The notes under the pieces are model-generated. The model searched no databases and was not told where the DNA came from. It worked only from the letters and a program-made list of their open reading frames with translations. Both the position numbers and the translations under genes were made by a program. A DNA stretch of 64,000 bases, from the NCBI GenBank assembly GCA_977016875.1, contig CDRNST010000289.1:620001-684000 (forward strand), read 5' to 3'. Positions 61,776-64,000 of this stretch are shown here, in pieces; position 1 is the first letter of the stretch; each line of letters starts with the position of its first letter. This DNA is from Pavona decussata. Taxonomy: Eukaryota.

Positions 61776-64000
61776 TTAACACCGGGATTTATCCCACATA
61801 CTTCTCAGACAAACACCTGTACACCAAGACGAGAGTGCCTAATACCATACATAGGTTGGTTTGACAATGACAAGTGTGAGAAGACCACGTTGGGTTCCAC
61901 GCCTGCGAAAGTTAGCAAAGCGAGCCATGTCATAATGTTATGCTTGAAAACGTTTAAAAGCCATAGCAAAAAAAAAACATAAACACCACTTGATAATCTC
62001 TCTGTTAATCGGAGGTAAGGATCACACCCATTTTAAGTGTTCACATTGATTATGTGTGGACAGCAAATACAGAAAACATGCAATGGAAAGTCGAAGGCGA
62101 AGCATACATTGTGTTCTATACCAGTTCCATGTTCCGTTGGCAATGAAAGGAGGACCAGAGGGGATGTATCTCGATCATGGATCAACATCTACTGGAGGCG
62201 CACGGTGGTTCAGGAATGCAATGTGTGAAGAGAAGTTGAACCAGTTCATGATAAAACAAGATGGGACGAGGCAGGTTTCAGTCATTGTTGACCTTGAAAA
62301 TGCTTCGTTCGCGAAGAACGTTCTCGTATTTTTACAGAATTGACGACTTCTTATGTTGAAAATTTGTCTTCGAAAGTTGTACAGACGTATTTTGTCGAAT
62401 CAATCCATCTGAAGCAGACGGACAGAGCGTGTTGGTCGATCCAAACTCGTTTTAGACGAAACTACCTCAGGCGGATGTCGAACTTATCATGAACTTAATC
62501 CGCTCAGTTTGGTTCATCTCATGAAAAGTTCGATGTTTGACCTAGGCCTCAGACTAAAATTTCTGACAGTGAGTTTTGTTAGCCTTCTACACTTAAGGGA
62601 TTCCCGACAAATTTTATGCCAATTATTTGCAAGTTGTTTTCTAGCTCATTTTACATTTCCTTTTGTTGAAGCGTTAATGGGCCAGTGTCATCATCTTTGG
62701 TACATCTTTAAGTGGCCAAAAATATATTTTATTACTGGAAACGTTAAAACAATGGTTCAGTTTTGTTAACAATGACTTGACAGTGCACAGAATTAGTATT
62801 AATTATCGGTGGCTGCGGGTTGCTAGGATGGGAATGGATTGCAACCTGAAAAAATTGGCCATTTCTCTTTTCAAGGTTTTCTTGTGTATTTTAGAGCAGT
62901 TGCTAAGAACTAATTATAGTTAGTTTTTCCTTGCGGAAATCCATCTATATTTTCTTCCCGGTGTTCTAAGAGCAATTTTATGTTAGCAAAAAGGTTTTTC
63001 ATCAGACGTTTTAGTAGTTTTGACCAAAATACAACAAAATCATCGTGGCAATGCCCCTTTAGGAAGTCACAAGCTTCATTAATTCATTAATTTCTTTTAA
63101 CTGCAAACTACAATTAATTTTATACCAATTAATTTAGGACTTAATTCCACCTCCAATCGTTAGTTCGACTTGGGTTTTCTTTCTTCATACTTACAAAATT
63201 TACTTTCTCCAGACTGTTCTGTTAAGACAACATTGAATACGTTTTGCTTTAGATAGGAAACCAGTGCTGAATCTTTTTAGCACCGATTGACAGATAACTT
63301 TGGGGTCCAAAAATCATCTCATATTTTCATTTAAGTTTTGCACATTATCACGCTCATTAGTAACGTGTACAGCATCTCCCTTGGCTCTTGTCTGTTACAG
63401 TAATTAAAGGTGTCAAGCCACTGTTTACAGTGCAAAGGAGGGTTTTCGATAAAAAGCTCTTCAACTCGAGGCCCTTTGGGTGATTCAAACGTATTTACTC
63501 AATTAAATTTTATGAAACTCTGAAATACTGGCGTATAAAAGCAAACCATTGCAACAAAAACAAAAAGCTCCCAATTATAGCCTATTCTTGTAAATCTGTT
63601 TAAAACATAAGGAAAAACCTTAGTTTTCTAATTAAGTCTCACCTTATTTACCTGATTAAGTTTTCACTTAATCAAAACAAAATCACCTAAAAAAAACACG
63701 TTATCTTCAAATGCGTCACTAGTTCAAATTTGATGCACGAACCTGCCAAATTTTCACGAAAGGAAGACATGATTGGGAAAACTGCCAAAGCCTCTATGAC
63801 TTCTCAAAACATGAGCGAGGTTGACCTCCCAACTTATACGACCACTAGATCCTGTAGGCTTTTAAATTATTCGATAGGCCATCGTACTCTTCCCTTATTG
63901 ATATTTCTGGAGAGTAACTGACAGACAAATGCTTACTTGGACATTTCTAGACACGATAATAATCTGAACTCTCCTAACTTTCATTTACAGTAGAGACCAC

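Noticed and set aside
62037-62343. Coding exon from overlapping short ORFs
   Set aside because: No recognisable motif and no convincing splice-site pair.

Overview
Eukaryotic, intron-rich, transposon-dense animal DNA. The repeat families suggest an anthozoan, probably a stony coral (inference). One assembly gap lies at 3831-3972. There are two host loci on the + strand. (1) An 8-exon gene with two KH domains (1429-13515) has two in-frame TAG stops and is probably a pseudogene. (2) A TTC4-like TPR gene starts at 26461; its 4-exon TPR module, which includes a U12-type intron, is duplicated in frame. The second copy of one intron has grown from about 4 kb to about 20 kb through nested insertions. 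The most notable insertion is an apparently intact 6.0-kb tyrosine-recombinase (YR) retrotransposon on the - strand (~33430-39431), whose ends can be mapped from the empty paralogous site. Its order is SGNH hydrolase, 4x36-bp array, gag, RT/RNase H (HILDD motif, no methyltransferase), YR, hairpin-rich 3' region. It has only 10-bp terminal inverted repeats plus a one-sided palindromic extension. The same intron also holds a decayed relative split by a 3.15-kb TTAA foldback element, a DD37E Tc1-like element, and a Penelope fragment with a hammerhead relic nested in a Crypton relic. Many MITEs, SINEs and BEL/Pao, LINE and Crypton relics fill the rest. All calls come from reading the sequence; no searches were run.
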